A stretch of 64,000 bases of DNA from Nitrospirota bacterium (GCA_963699545.1 CAVOUE010000006.1:160001-224000); one strand, 5' to 3'. Shown: positions 48,927-58,611, numbered from the stretch's first letter. The notes: a model not told the origin generated them from the letters alone. Program-made: numbers and translations.

Positions 48927-49985
48927 ATGAAGACAATAAAAAGCATATCCCGCAATATGTCCAATGATAGTCTTGCGGGCGAGAGCCGGCATGCCCCGGA
49001 GCCGAATTCTGTTCGCGATGATGAGCTGCTGGATGCGTATTCACGGGCAGTGATCAGCGCAGCCGAAAAGGTGAGCCCTTCGGTGGTTCATATAGGTGTC
49101 CGGCAGGCTGGAAACAGTGATACGCGGCACGATCTTCAGCGGAACCTCCACGCCAGCGGCTCAGGCTTCATATTTACACCGGATGGGTTCATCCTCACCA
49201 ACAGCCATGTGGTGCACGATGCTGCGAGGATCGAAGTGACCCTTCAGGATGGAAGGCATCACCGGGCGTATCTTGTGGGTGATGACCCCGATACCGACCT
49301 TGCTGTCATCAGGATCCATGCGCCGAACCTTGCCGTGGCCAGTCTGGGCGATTCCCAGACCGTCAGGGCCGGCCAGCTCGTTATTGCCATCGGCAGTCCC
49401 TTCGGCTTTCAGTACAGCGTGACCGCCGGCGTGGTGAGCGCGCTGGGCCGTTCACTCAGGGCGCGGTCGGGAAGGCTCATCGACAATGTTATCCAGACGG
49501 ATGCCGCGCTCAACCCAGGCAATTCTGGCGGGCCGCTGGTAAATTCCCGCGGCGACGTGATAGGAGTGAATACCGCGATGATCCAGTCTGCCCAGGGAAT
49601 CTGCTTTGCCATTGGGGTGAATACTGCTAAATTCGTTGCAGCAACCCTCATGAAAGACGGGAAGATGAGGCGCAGTTACATAGGTGTGGCAGGGCAGAAT
49701 GTAAGCCTTAACCGGCGCATGGTGCGTTTTCACAATCTGCCTCTTGAAAGCGGGGTCATAGTGGTAGCAATGGAGATCAACAGCCCTGCAATGAGGGCAA
49801 GTCTGCGCGAAGGGGATGTGATCGTCGGCTTTGGCGGTCAGCCGGTCGCGGGAATTGATGAACTGCACAAACTCTTGACGCAGGACGCAGTGGGGAAAAG
49901 CTTTCCCCTTACTGTTCTGAGGGGAGCTGAAAAGATAGTTCTTGACATAGTGCCTGAGGAATCCGTTTCCCGGTCAACCAATTAG
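48927..49985 (+). CDS. HtrA-family serine protease with one PDZ domain
   Basis: GSGFI, LTNSHVV, DLAVI, TDAALNPGNSGGPL. Confidence 0.92.
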   Translation: MKTIKSISRNMSNDSLAGESRHAPEPNSVRDDELLDAYSRAVISAAEKVSPSVVHIGVRQAGNSDTRHDLQRNLHASGSGFIFTPDGFILTNSHVVHDAARIEVTLQDGRHHRAYLVGDDPDTDLAVIRIHAPNLAVASLGDSQTVRAGQLVIAIGSPFGFQYSVTAGVVSALGRSLRARSGRLIDNVIQTDAALNPGNSGGPLVNSRGDVIGVNTAMIQSAQGICFAIGVNTAKFVAATLMKDGKMRRSYIGVAGQNVSLNRRMVRFHNLPLESGVIVVAMEINSPAMRASLREGDVIVGFGGQPVAGIDELHKLLTQDAVGKSFPLTVLRGAEKIVLDIVPEESVSRSTN

Positions 49986-50092
49986 GAAAACTATTTCCTT
50001 TTCCTGTGCCCTACGCTCTCTGCGCTTACGTTTTACGCCTGACGGTATTCAGAAGAAAATGTGATGCGTCCGGATCATTCCAGGTAATCCCC

Positions 50093-50521
50093 CTATTTGG
50101 ACGGTTGCCAGACCTCCGGGGTCATATTCCCCATCGTCCCGAATTCGATTCGCAACGGCCTGACAATTACTACGCAATAATTGGGGTCATCGGGGCCCGA
50201 AAAATAATTCTTCAGCTCGTCGAACCAGAATGAATGCCTTTCAGTCTTGTCGGTAGAAACTGCAGCAACTCCCACCACCTGCAACCAGTGCTTTGCCGTC
50301 TCCAGGGTTTGCGCCCCCAGAGATAGGTGAACATTTGGGTTTTTCCTGATCTGTGCGACCTTCTTCGTTTGCAAACGAGTGCAGAACCTGAATACCAGAT
50401 CACCATCGCACTTTCCCACAACATAGCGGACCCAGGGCTTCCCATCCGCAGTTATAGTCGCAAAATTAAGAAGCTGAAAATCCTTCGCCAAATCGAAAAT
50501 GTTTTTCTTCAAATCGCTCAT
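50093..50521 (-). CDS. Pyridoxamine-5'-phosphate oxidase-like (general stress) protein
   Basis: ATITADGKPWVR, KVAQIRKNPNV, YFSGPDDPNY. Confidence 0.8.
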   Translation of the reverse strand: MSDLKKNIFDLAKDFQLLNFATITADGKPWVRYVVGKCDGDLVFRFCTRLQTKKVAQIRKNPNVHLSLGAQTLETAKHWLQVVGVAAVSTDKTERHSFWFDELKNYFSGPDDPNYCVVIVRPLRIEFGTMGNMTPEVWQPSK

Positions 50522-50687
50522 GTCATGCCTCCTTCCAAGATTGGTACTGATATGCCGGTCACTTGCCCGGCAGTCATCAAAGAAAAAATAGATATTTAAA
50601 GTATATCACAACAGGAGAGAACCGCCAGAACGTGCGAAGGAAGAATGAAGATTTGACCCCTTAGGGCCTTCCTCATCCATAAAGGTA

Positions 50688-50909
50688 TTAGCGAAGGTCT
50701 TTATCGGTGAGGATTCCTTTCTTTTTTGCCTTTCTCGACCAGTAACCCTGTATCTCCTTGAGTTCCTTTCCCAGCCTTTGACTTCTTGCGATACGGAGGG
50801 CATCCTGGATGATCCCGCTCAGCGTCTTCCCTTTTTCAGCGGCCATGTCTTCAGCCTCTTTCGCAAGGTCAGGGGGAAGAGAAATAGTCCTCCTTACAGC
50901 TGTCGCCAT
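50688..50909 (-). CDS. CopG/RHH antitoxin-like protein, orphan
   Basis: RRTISLPPDL...KTLSGIIQDALR...AKKKGILTDKDL; no toxin gene follows. Confidence 0.7.
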   Translation of the reverse strand: MATAVRRTISLPPDLAKEAEDMAAEKGKTLSGIIQDALRIARSQRLGKELKEIQGYWSRKAKKKGILTDKDLR

Positions 50910-51050
50910 GCCATCACCTCCTGGTATGAATAAATACTGCCACAACCTGCGAGGAAAGACAACCATACCCGCCTCGTGACTTACGATTTACGTCTGACGG
51001 ACTTCAGGAGAAAATGGGATGTGTCCCTGGTTTTCTTCCCTTGTCGGGTA

Positions 51051-51431
51051 TCACAAGCCATCCAATTCCTTAAGGGCATCCTCCAGTTCTCGAATGGTGG
51101 CTTGCGATTGTCTAAGCACTTTATTGAGCATATCGGGATATTTCTTAACCACCTCCACCATTTTGTTCCATCCTTCTTTGCTCAATCGATATTCACCTTT
51201 TCGAATAAAGTCCATGTATCCTTTGTCTCGCATATTTTGGATAGTTTTTTGGATAGTCTGTTCAGGCTTTTCAGGACTTTCTTTGTGACCAAGCATAGCC
51301 GTAAGGTTAACTGCTAAATCAAGATTTTCGGCTGACATAAGCTGACGACGCAAGAAAATGCGATTGTCGTGGCTCAGCATCTTATTAATAATCAAAAATA
51401 CAGCAGTTCTCCCAGTTTGACCTCTCAACAA
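51051..51431 (-). CDS. Stand-alone DpnI-C-like winged-helix protein
   Basis: PEQTIQKTIQNMRDKGYMDFIRKGEYRL resembles the QxLRDxGxIEFxxxGxY motif. Confidence 0.55.
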   Translation of the reverse strand: MLRGQTGRTAVFLIINKMLSHDNRIFLRRQLMSAENLDLAVNLTAMLGHKESPEKPEQTIQKTIQNMRDKGYMDFIRKGEYRLSKEGWNKMVEVVKKYPDMLNKVLRQSQATIRELEDALKELDGL

Positions 51432-51476
51432 GTCTCGTGATTTCTGGCATCTCTACTTCCTTTCTGTTCCACCTTT

Positions 51477-51674
51477 TCACTTGGATTTTCTCTTACCCTC
51501 TTCTTCCATGAATGCAGCGAATTCATCGATGGAAACTCCGTACCACTTCTTTGAGTTTTTTCTTGCCCAGTGCACGCCGCTCGGCTTGATGCGGATGTGG
51601 CCAACAACCTTGTTTCCATCATCCACAATCTTAAAATCATGAAACTTTTCTGGACTAAATCTGTTCGTTGACAT
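51477..51674 (-). CDS. 65-aa hypothetical protein
   Basis: Strong RBS AGGAGG; starts 14 nt after the radical SAM stop. Confidence 0.7.
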   Translation of the reverse strand: MSTNRFSPEKFHDFKIVDDGNKVVGHIRIKPSGVHWARKNSKKWYGVSIDEFAAFMEEEGKRKSK

Positions 51675-51688
51675 CGTGATCCTCCTTC

Positions 51689-52810
51689 TTACTCAGAATA
51701 GACCTCTCGTGGAGTTGTGATATATCTTCTCTCGACTCCGTCAATATATCGTCCAGCTGGCAAATCGAGCATAATAGCGATGTTCTGTCTTCTTACAGCT
51801 CTTCTAAAAGCCCTGACCTGTTTATCTGTCCAGCCTTTGTGAATATAATACTCGCTTTCGTCCTGCCTCTTGGCATTTGGCCTGTAGTTATCAGAAATAC
51901 TATCCAACGGTCTAAACCTACAATCTATCACTCTGACTTGCCATCTGCGGCAAGCATCGAGTTTTGCTCTCATCTCCCCGTATGACAAATCATGGTTGAA
52001 GAGCACGAAAACAAATATATCGTCCGCCCGAAATTCTGCATCTCTTAATACCTGTATCTGCTCTTTGATTTTTGGCCAATGTGTATAAGGTCCGTCCCAT
52101 GCGATACGAGGATGCTGAAAGCGTGCTTTCTTTAAGTAAGTAGCAATTTCAGGATATTTAATAAGAATTCGCCCATCCAGGCCACTTTGACTCTCGCAAC
52201 GTACTCTGCTTTGATCAGGGAATTTGAAGTTTGTTATTTCAGAAAGGATATCTTTGATATAAGGGTTGGCAAGAAGATTATTGTCATAGAAAACAATCTT
52301 CTTTTTCCTGATTTCATCTTTGACACTTTTTTTATATGTGACATCAGGTTCGATTTTCCATGTGCCACAAAAATTGCATTTTCTGAAGCAGCCTCTCGAA
52401 GCGTGGACAATTTGATAGTCCACATTTACCAAATCATAGGCCGGTTTCAAGTTTTCCGCCTTCCCTTCTCCGTAAAGACCCGGTCTCACATAGTCGCACC
52501 CTGATGCCTTCGCATGTTCAGGCATCAAGGATGCATATATCCCCCCCACCTCCATTCTTGCGCTGGGATAAAGCTCTTTATAATACTTGACACTTTCCCA
52601 AACTTGCCTTGACCAGTACGTGAAAAGAGATGTTACTTTTATTTCATCGGGATAGCTCTTTGCCTCAAAGTTGCCTCGATGTAATTCAACGCTGTCCCCA
52701 ATGCTTCTATGATAAGCGGCGATCTTTAAAAGACCAATGGGTAAAAAGTTACAGTGGTTCTTGCTCTTTGCAGGAATCGGGAAATTAGGTTCGACAAGCA
52801 ATATATTCAT
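51689..52810 (-). CDS. Radical SAM enzyme with an N-terminal B12-binding-like domain
   Basis: ILLVEP...PIGLLKIAAY...VTSLFTY...GGIYASL; SRGCFRKCNFC; FYDNN. Confidence 0.85.
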   Translation of the reverse strand: MNILLVEPNFPIPAKSKNHCNFLPIGLLKIAAYHRSIGDSVELHRGNFEAKSYPDEIKVTSLFTYWSRQVWESVKYYKELYPSARMEVGGIYASLMPEHAKASGCDYVRPGLYGEGKAENLKPAYDLVNVDYQIVHASRGCFRKCNFCGTWKIEPDVTYKKSVKDEIRKKKIVFYDNNLLANPYIKDILSEITNFKFPDQSRVRCESQSGLDGRILIKYPEIATYLKKARFQHPRIAWDGPYTHWPKIKEQIQVLRDAEFRADDIFVFVLFNHDLSYGEMRAKLDACRRWQVRVIDCRFRPLDSISDNYRPNAKRQDESEYYIHKGWTDKQVRAFRRAVRRQNIAIMLDLPAGRYIDGVERRYITTPREVYSE

Positions 52811-54234
52811 CTCAATTTACCATTTGTCAGAACATAGTTATATATGTTTTCAAAAATGGTAATTGCATTATTCGGGGATAACTTAATATCGGTTGGATGT
52901 GCGCAATCGCACCGGGTCTGATAATTTCCTCGAAGAGCGTTAAATTGTGTTACCGTCAGTATTTTTTTATAAACCAGATAGCATAATAAATGCAAGTCAT
53001 TGCTTCGGATTAGGAGCTCATCGAGAGAAGAAATGTTTTTCTGAAAGTCCTTCGCAAAATGTTTCCATGCTGATGTCCGGTTATCAAACATCGCCTGAGT
53101 AGCGTCATTAAAGTCTTTAAGATTCGTGCCAACATATTCCAAAATTCTACTGATACAACATGACCAAATCATTAAAGTGGATGCCTTAAAGCAGTGTATT
53201 TCAAGGCAAAATAATGCTTCAGAAATATATTCATACTCGTTTTCCGTAAAACTGCCGCCTATTTTTTCAATAGCGGTTCTAATATCAGTTATGGATGCCT
53301 GCTGTTTGACTGACACTTTTATAGTTCGAGGACTGTAAACCAAAGGTGATGTGTATTTCATCCTCTTTTTTAAGCCCGGCTTAGTGGCTGGCTTTCTTAG
53401 CCCCTTTTTGGTCTTCTTCGAAGGTTCCGTAAGGTTCTTGAATTCACCGAGAGTTTCGCTGAGGGACTTTTCCTTTTTCTCCAAGAAATTGATCAGCAAA
53501 TCTTCAATTTCACTCTTTGGCTTGTCATGTGAGAAAACTTCCTTAAATTCATCCATGAGGAAACGCGTATTTATTAGCTTCCCTTCCAAAGCCTTCTGTA
53601 TCAGAATTTCCCGTACTTTGTCCTCGCCATATTTTTTGTAGATATCAGAATATTTCTTGCGAAGAGGGCTAATAAAGTTCGCCTCTATCTGAACTAGATA
53701 ACTCATGGACAATTCCTTGGCAAGCACCCTCTCTATTATTTTGTCATCGTATTTGATCAACCTTAAAAGATCAGTAATTTCATGTGAGGTATGTGAAGTC
53801 ACCTCCTCGACATTTTTTCTAATGGCGGCTTCTGTTATGTGAGGATTTGCTTCTTTAAGATCGAAGATAATTTTCTTAATCGCCTTGGTTTCTGCGGCCT
53901 TATCCCAATTTTCCCTTAACATATGAACTTGATATGCCAAGATGCGGCCGTCAGTGTCATCTTTAGCTATCAAGACGGGGACGTGGGATAGCTCCCCCGC
54001 AAGCGATGCCCTAAGCCTTCTTTCCCCATCTATAAGAATATAGGAATCAGCTTTCTTGACGTCAGGTTTCACAATCAATGGCTCCAGAATTCCATATTCC
54101 TTTATGGAGTTAACTAATTTACTGAACTGGGGAGATCCCATTATTTGCTTTTCCGAGAGTCCTCTGGGATTATTCTTATCGAAGGAAATATTCTGGGGGA
54201 TGATAAAATGAAGTTTTCTTTGCAATGTTTTCAT
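52807..54234 (-). CDS. ParB/Srx N-terminal domain protein with a C-terminal HEPN-like domain
   Basis: NNPR...LVNSIKEYGILEPLIV...LIDGERRLRA; C-terminal EALFC...KASTLMIW...RCDCAHP. Confidence 0.8.
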   Translation of the reverse strand: MKTLQRKLHFIIPQNISFDKNNPRGLSEKQIMGSPQFSKLVNSIKEYGILEPLIVKPDVKKADSYILIDGERRLRASLAGELSHVPVLIAKDDTDGRILAYQVHMLRENWDKAAETKAIKKIIFDLKEANPHITEAAIRKNVEEVTSHTSHEITDLLRLIKYDDKIIERVLAKELSMSYLVQIEANFISPLRKKYSDIYKKYGEDKVREILIQKALEGKLINTRFLMDEFKEVFSHDKPKSEIEDLLINFLEKKEKSLSETLGEFKNLTEPSKKTKKGLRKPATKPGLKKRMKYTSPLVYSPRTIKVSVKQQASITDIRTAIEKIGGSFTENEYEYISEALFCLEIHCFKASTLMIWSCCISRILEYVGTNLKDFNDATQAMFDNRTSAWKHFAKDFQKNISSLDELLIRSNDLHLLCYLVYKKILTVTQFNALRGNYQTRCDCAHPTDIKLSPNNAITIFENIYNYVLTNGKLR

Positions 54235-54612
54235 GACCCTCTCCTCATAGGCAGCATAGTGCTAGGTCTTGATTCTTGATTTCTTTCATCGGCTGCCTTT
54301 TGCGGTCTTTCCCTCTGACAATCTGAAGGCACTGCGGGCGATAATCTTGGCGCACTGATAGCAGATGAGGTCCCGGATGGTCTTTACGTCTCTGTCAGGC
54401 ACTGACCCCTGCCCTCCTCTGTCGAGCTCTGGAGAACGTGTTCACTCTCTTGACAACCCCTCCTTGTCAAACTAACCCTATCATACGCCCAAGCCACCCA
54501 AAGTTCAACACAAAAGACCGTGAAAAGTGGTCGCGAATGGGAAAGATATACGAGGCAAAAGGGTCCACAGTTCCACCGCTCAAGGTCCCATTGTTCAAGA
54601 GAGCCCAACAGG

Positions 54613-55149
54613 TCACTTTCTCCGCAGTCTTTTAAGGAACGCTTGATATTTTTCCCCATGTTCTTCTTTTTCCGACCACCGCTTCACTTCTGAAAGGCTC
54701 ACCTTTTGAAGCTTGGCGACCATGAGCGCCTGCTCCAGCGCCTGCGGGTCATTCCAGTGGTAATAAGCCGCCAATCTGTCCTTCACGCTGTCTGTTGGTG
54801 TCAGTAGCACCACCGTGCCAAGCCTTGTCTTCAGCTTCTCTTTGCCCTTGAGTGGTTCACTGCCTACCGCAGCAGGTGGGGAAACAAATTCAATAAAGAA
54901 AGGGCAGTCGCTGCGCATGAAATGGCGTGAACTTTCCTTCCGGAAACCGGCCTCCTCCATGACAGAGGTCACTTTCTTTATAGTCGCATGAGCGACGAAA
55001 TCAAGATCGAAAGACATGTATCTGTTCTTCGTGTAAATGGAAACACAGGCGCCGCCCACAAGGATCGCGTCGATCCCTTTTTCCTGAAGTTTTTCAGATA
55101 TGACCGCAGCCAGTTCCTTAATCCCTATCTGCTTCCAGTCAATGCTCAC
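54613..55149 (-). CDS. Nucleotidyltransferase-fold protein (type IV TA toxin-like)
   Basis: ILVGGACV...SFDLDFV...DSVKDRLAAY. Confidence 0.7.
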   Translation of the reverse strand: MSIDWKQIGIKELAAVISEKLQEKGIDAILVGGACVSIYTKNRYMSFDLDFVAHATIKKVTSVMEEAGFRKESSRHFMRSDCPFFIEFVSPPAAVGSEPLKGKEKLKTRLGTVVLLTPTDSVKDRLAAYYHWNDPQALEQALMVAKLQKVSLSEVKRWSEKEEHGEKYQAFLKRLRRK

Positions 55150-55475
55150 AGCGGCTTGCCCGCCCTTCTCGGCCTCGTGCGCCTGCTGTAAAACTTCTCC
55201 CTTTCCTTCTCCGGTATGAATTCGTATGCCCTTGCAATCAGGGCTCTCAACTCCTCCAAAAAAGGATACCTCGGGTTAAGCGTATATATTCTCACCCCGC
55301 CCACAATACGGCTTACCACGATCCCGGCATTTTCGAGCCGCCTCAGCTGCTGCTGAATCTTGTTCACCGGTTCTCCAAAGGTCTTCGCCATACCGGAGGC
55401 GTAGCCTTCTCCGTATACGTGGAGGGTAAAGAGTATCTTTTCGATTGTGATATTGCCGAACATTCCTTCAAGCAT
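55146..55475 (-). CDS. Winged-helix protein, partner of the nucleotidyltransferase
   Basis: EGYASGMAKTF...IQQQLRRLENAGIV...YTLNPRYPF; 4-bp overlap with the next gene. Confidence 0.75.
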   Translation of the reverse strand: MLEGMFGNITIEKILFTLHVYGEGYASGMAKTFGEPVNKIQQQLRRLENAGIVVSRIVGGVRIYTLNPRYPFLEELRALIARAYEFIPEKEREKFYSRRTRPRRAGKPL

Positions 55476-55731
55476 CTCCGTCCCCTTTTACCATGTTAGT
55501 TGGTTATACAACCATATCTTATGGTAAGTGATGTCACTTGATTTGTCAAGGGCGAGGGAATCACACCGAAAACCGTGAATTGCAAATCGTGAACAGTACC
55601 TGGTAAGGATCGAGGATGGAGCCAGCGGCCGCATGCTCATCTTGACAGTCCGGATCACGGTGGTATGATTTGATTGAGAGCATAGTCAGAAAGTGAGGCC
55701 TCTATTGATGAGAGGTCCAGGGAGGTGTGTG

Positions 55732-56151
55732 ATGAAAGTCATGAAACCATTTCTGATTGTCTGTCTTGTATCGCTTCTGTTCGCTTCCGCAGCAGTGGCA
55801 GAGGAAAAAACAGGGCAACCAGGGATGCAGGGTCCTGCCACAACCTATCAGGCAAAGTTTCCCGTGACATTACAGGCCGGCGAATACGAGTTGCTTACCG
55901 TTGTTATCGATTTCCCGCCTGGGGCAGGCTTTCCCAATCATATGCATGGAGGACACGTTCTAGCGACCGTTCTCAGCGGTGAGATAACGCTGCGGGAAAA
56001 GGGCACTGAGAGGATAATGAAGACGGGTGAGAGCTGGACCGAGAATCCGGGCGATGTGCATGCGGTCGTCAATGCCGGCGCCACAAATACAAGAGTGGCT
56101 GTCACCGTGTTGCTGCCGAAGGGCGGAAACGTTACCACAATAATCAAATAA
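55732..56151 (+). CDS. Exported cupin-domain protein
   Basis: PPGAGFPNHMHGG...GESWTENPGDVH. Confidence 0.85.
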   Translation: MKVMKPFLIVCLVSLLFASAAVAEEKTGQPGMQGPATTYQAKFPVTLQAGEYELLTVVIDFPPGAGFPNHMHGGHVLATVLSGEITLREKGTERIMKTGESWTENPGDVHAVVNAGATNTRVAVTVLLPKGGNVTTIIK

Positions 56152-56232
56152 CAATCTACTGAGAACGGGCGTCACAAATACTCCGCAGCCTATCCTTGCG
56201 AGCCGGGGTATTCCTTCGCCTTCGCCCTCTCG

Positions 56233-56712
56233 TCATCGGCCATCCTTCTTTCCGAGCATGCGAGGCCAGTTCTCGTCAGCCTTGCGGATATACTCGTTCA
56301 TGTCCTTCTCCCACAGTTTCTGGACTTCCTTGTTGAGGTTCAGATACAGCCTTCCCTCAAAGATGGTCCACGCATCAGGGTCGATATCAGCGGTCTTCCC
56401 CTGGCTCACCGCATAGGCGCAGTATCCTCCGTATTTGGGGGAGTATTTCTCAGGGTCTGTCCTGAACAGGTCGCGGTGCGCAGCGCTCGCAAAGCGCCAT
56501 TTCGCCCCGTTCCAGAGATATTCGAATTCGGCACTGCCCTGCGCAGGTCTTTTGTCGGTGAAATAGGAAAGAGGGTCGTAGCCTTTTATCGCCACTCCAT
56601 CGGGCGTGACATTGACAGGGGACAGAGGTGAAGCTCTTGCACAGGCGAGAAGGACGCTCAGCACGAGCACCGCGAGTGGAATGCCTCTTATCCGGCAATC
56701 CTTGCGCATCAC
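56233..56712 (-). CDS. YHS-domain lipoprotein
   Basis: AIKGYDPLSYF...WRFAS...PKYGGYCAYAV...GRLYLN. Confidence 0.85.
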   Translation of the reverse strand: MMRKDCRIRGIPLAVLVLSVLLACARASPLSPVNVTPDGVAIKGYDPLSYFTDKRPAQGSAEFEYLWNGAKWRFASAAHRDLFRTDPEKYSPKYGGYCAYAVSQGKTADIDPDAWTIFEGRLYLNLNKEVQKLWEKDMNEYIRKADENWPRMLGKKDGR

Positions 56713-56728
56713 CCTCCCCCAGAGTCCA

Positions 56729-57115
56729 TTATTTCTTCAGGTAGGTGATGAGCGAAAGCACCGCCCCCTGCGGATCGTGAAAGACACAAAAACGGCCTAC
56801 CTCCGGTATGTCCGTGGGCGGCACCATGATCCGTCCGCCAAGCTCCTGGACCTTTTTTGCCGCGGCATCCACATTGTCTACGGTCACATATACTCCCCAG
56901 TGAGGCGGTATTCCACCCGGCTCGGGAGGTATGTTCATGATGCCCCCGACCTCTTCGCCGCCCGCATTGATCACCCAGTAGGACATGCCTTCCATAGGGA
57001 ACTCGGTGAACTTCCAGCCCAGCAGCTGTTCATAGAACTTCCGTGCGCCCGCGCTGTCGATGGTCATCAACTCATTCCAGCTGAACATCCCGTGCTTCAG
57101 TAACCGCTCTTCCAT
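56729..57115 (-). CDS. VOC/glyoxalase-family protein
   Basis: FSWNELMT...FYEQLLGW...VYVTVDNVD...DPQGA. Confidence 0.9.
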   Translation of the reverse strand: MEERLLKHGMFSWNELMTIDSAGARKFYEQLLGWKFTEFPMEGMSYWVINAGGEEVGGIMNIPPEPGGIPPHWGVYVTVDNVDAAAKKVQELGGRIMVPPTDIPEVGRFCVFHDPQGAVLSLITYLKK

Positions 57116-57240
57116 GACTCCTCCTTGCCCTGACATAGATCTCAATGTTTCTTCACACACATCTTATCAGGACTGCCGAACTTTTCAAGGCAGGATGCCG
57201 GGTCATCGCGCAGTTCACTCTTTTCGTGTATCATAAAACT

Positions 57241-57693
57241 ATGAAGATGGTGTTCTCCGGTGTATTGCTTATATTTCTCGCAGCGGGGCTTACGGATGCC
57301 TTCCCTGCCACCTGCACGCCCACGGAACCTGACATGCTCGGGCCATTCTACAAGCCGGATGCGCCGGTGAGGCCGGGCGTAGGCAGGGGATACGTGCTTT
57401 CGGGCACTGTTCAGTCAGCAAAGGAGTGCAGTTCTCTGGAAGGGGCAAAGGTCGAGTTCTGGCTTGCCGGACCTGACGGCGAGTACGCGGACAGCTACCG
57501 GGCAACGGTCTTCTCGGATAAAACAGGCGCGTATCGCTTTGAAAGCCATTTCCCTCCGCCCTACTACGGAAGGCCGTCTCACATCCACATCAAAGTCAGT
57601 GCTCCGGGCTTTAAGACCCTTGTCACCCAGCACTACCCTGCCAGGGGCCGGACACAGGGGACATTCGACCTCGTGCTTGTGCCGGAGCAATAG
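57241..57693 (+). CDS. Intradiol dioxygenase-like exported protein
   Basis: GPFYKP, VEFWLAGPDGEY, PPYYGRPSHIHIKV. Confidence 0.85.
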   Translation: MKMVFSGVLLIFLAAGLTDAFPATCTPTEPDMLGPFYKPDAPVRPGVGRGYVLSGTVQSAKECSSLEGAKVEFWLAGPDGEYADSYRATVFSDKTGAYRFESHFPPPYYGRPSHIHIKVSAPGFKTLVTQHYPARGRTQGTFDLVLVPEQ

Positions 57694-57833
57694 CACCGGC
57701 GAAGACCACGTCAAGGGATCTGTCGCTGGCGGTCTTAAGGCGCTGGCCTCTCCCAAAATCCCGTGAGAGGCGCTCAGGCGAGGCAATGGTCTAGCAATAT
57801 TTATGAGACGTGATATAATTTGCAATTAAGAAG

Positions 57834-58094
57834 GTGAGATCTGTGGACTTCTCCGGGATAAAAGACGGCATCATATCCTTTTCCATGGACAATCCCATCA
57901 TTGCCCTTGTTGCCGGGCTTCTGCTCCTTTTCCTGCTCGTTCGAAAACCCAAGCTTGTTTTTGGCCTCCTCGGCCTTGTCTTGATCCTGACACTGGCGAT
58001 CTATTTCATCATGGACGTCGCCTCCCTCGGAAAAACAGAGAAAAGCAAAATGATTGAAAAAGGAGTTCATCCCGGGACGGACCCCGTACACTGA
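57834..58094 (+). CDS. Small membrane protein
   Basis: Two hydrophobic helices. Confidence 0.55.
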   Translation: MRSVDFSGIKDGIISFSMDNPIIALVAGLLLLFLLVRKPKLVFGLLGLVLILTLAIYFIMDVASLGKTEKSKMIEKGVHPGTDPVH

Positions 58095-58185
58095 CCTCCG
58101 GACCGGCGGCCCTCCTGATTCAAAGAGAGCACAACGCGCCAGCGCTTTGCAGGAACGAGAATATTTCTGCCTCATTCAATGTCTG

Positions 58186-58611
58186 TCAATAGCCCGGTCT
58201 TGAGATTGAGAAATAGATCTTCCCGCCACGGGCAAAAAGACTTATTTCCGTAAACTGGGCGGCGGATCTCTGGGCAGAGGTGAGAAGATACCCCACTATT
58301 TTGCCGTTGAAATGTACGCTCTTGATCGAAAGGGTATAGTCGGGTTTTTCTGCCTCCAGAAAGACCAGCGCCTCCTGGGCGGTACTCTTGGCTGTGGCTA
58401 TCTGGAGGGAATAGGGAACAACCTCCACATCGCTATCAGGACTTCTCAGAAAGATGACCCGCAGTTTCTCGCCCGCATCCGAGCGGAACATATAGGCGGT
58501 GTAGGCGGCTTCGGGAACAGAACTCATGCTGTCCAGGGTTGCCGTACTCATCACCTGGGCACAACCTGCACCAAGCAGCAGAGCGAGGAAGAGAACCTTC
58601 AGGGACTTCAT
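58186..58611 (-). CDS. Hypothetical lipoprotein
   Basis: RBS GGAGG, lipobox GAGC. Confidence 0.65.
   Translation of the reverse strand: MKSLKVLFLALLLGAGCAQVMSTATLDSMSSVPEAAYTAYMFRSDAGEKLRVIFLRSPDSDVEVVPYSLQIATAKSTAQEALVFLEAEKPDYTLSIKSVHFNGKIVGYLLTSAQRSAAQFTEISLFARGGKIYFSISRPGY

Noticed and set aside
52807-54234. Chromosome or plasmid partitioning ParB
   Set aside because: No parA, parS or replication gene nearby; the protein has a long unrelated C-terminal domain and is coupled to a radical SAM gene
54240-54610. Possible gene remnants upstream of the ParB cassette
   Set aside because: Short open frames without clear starts or motifs I can recognise
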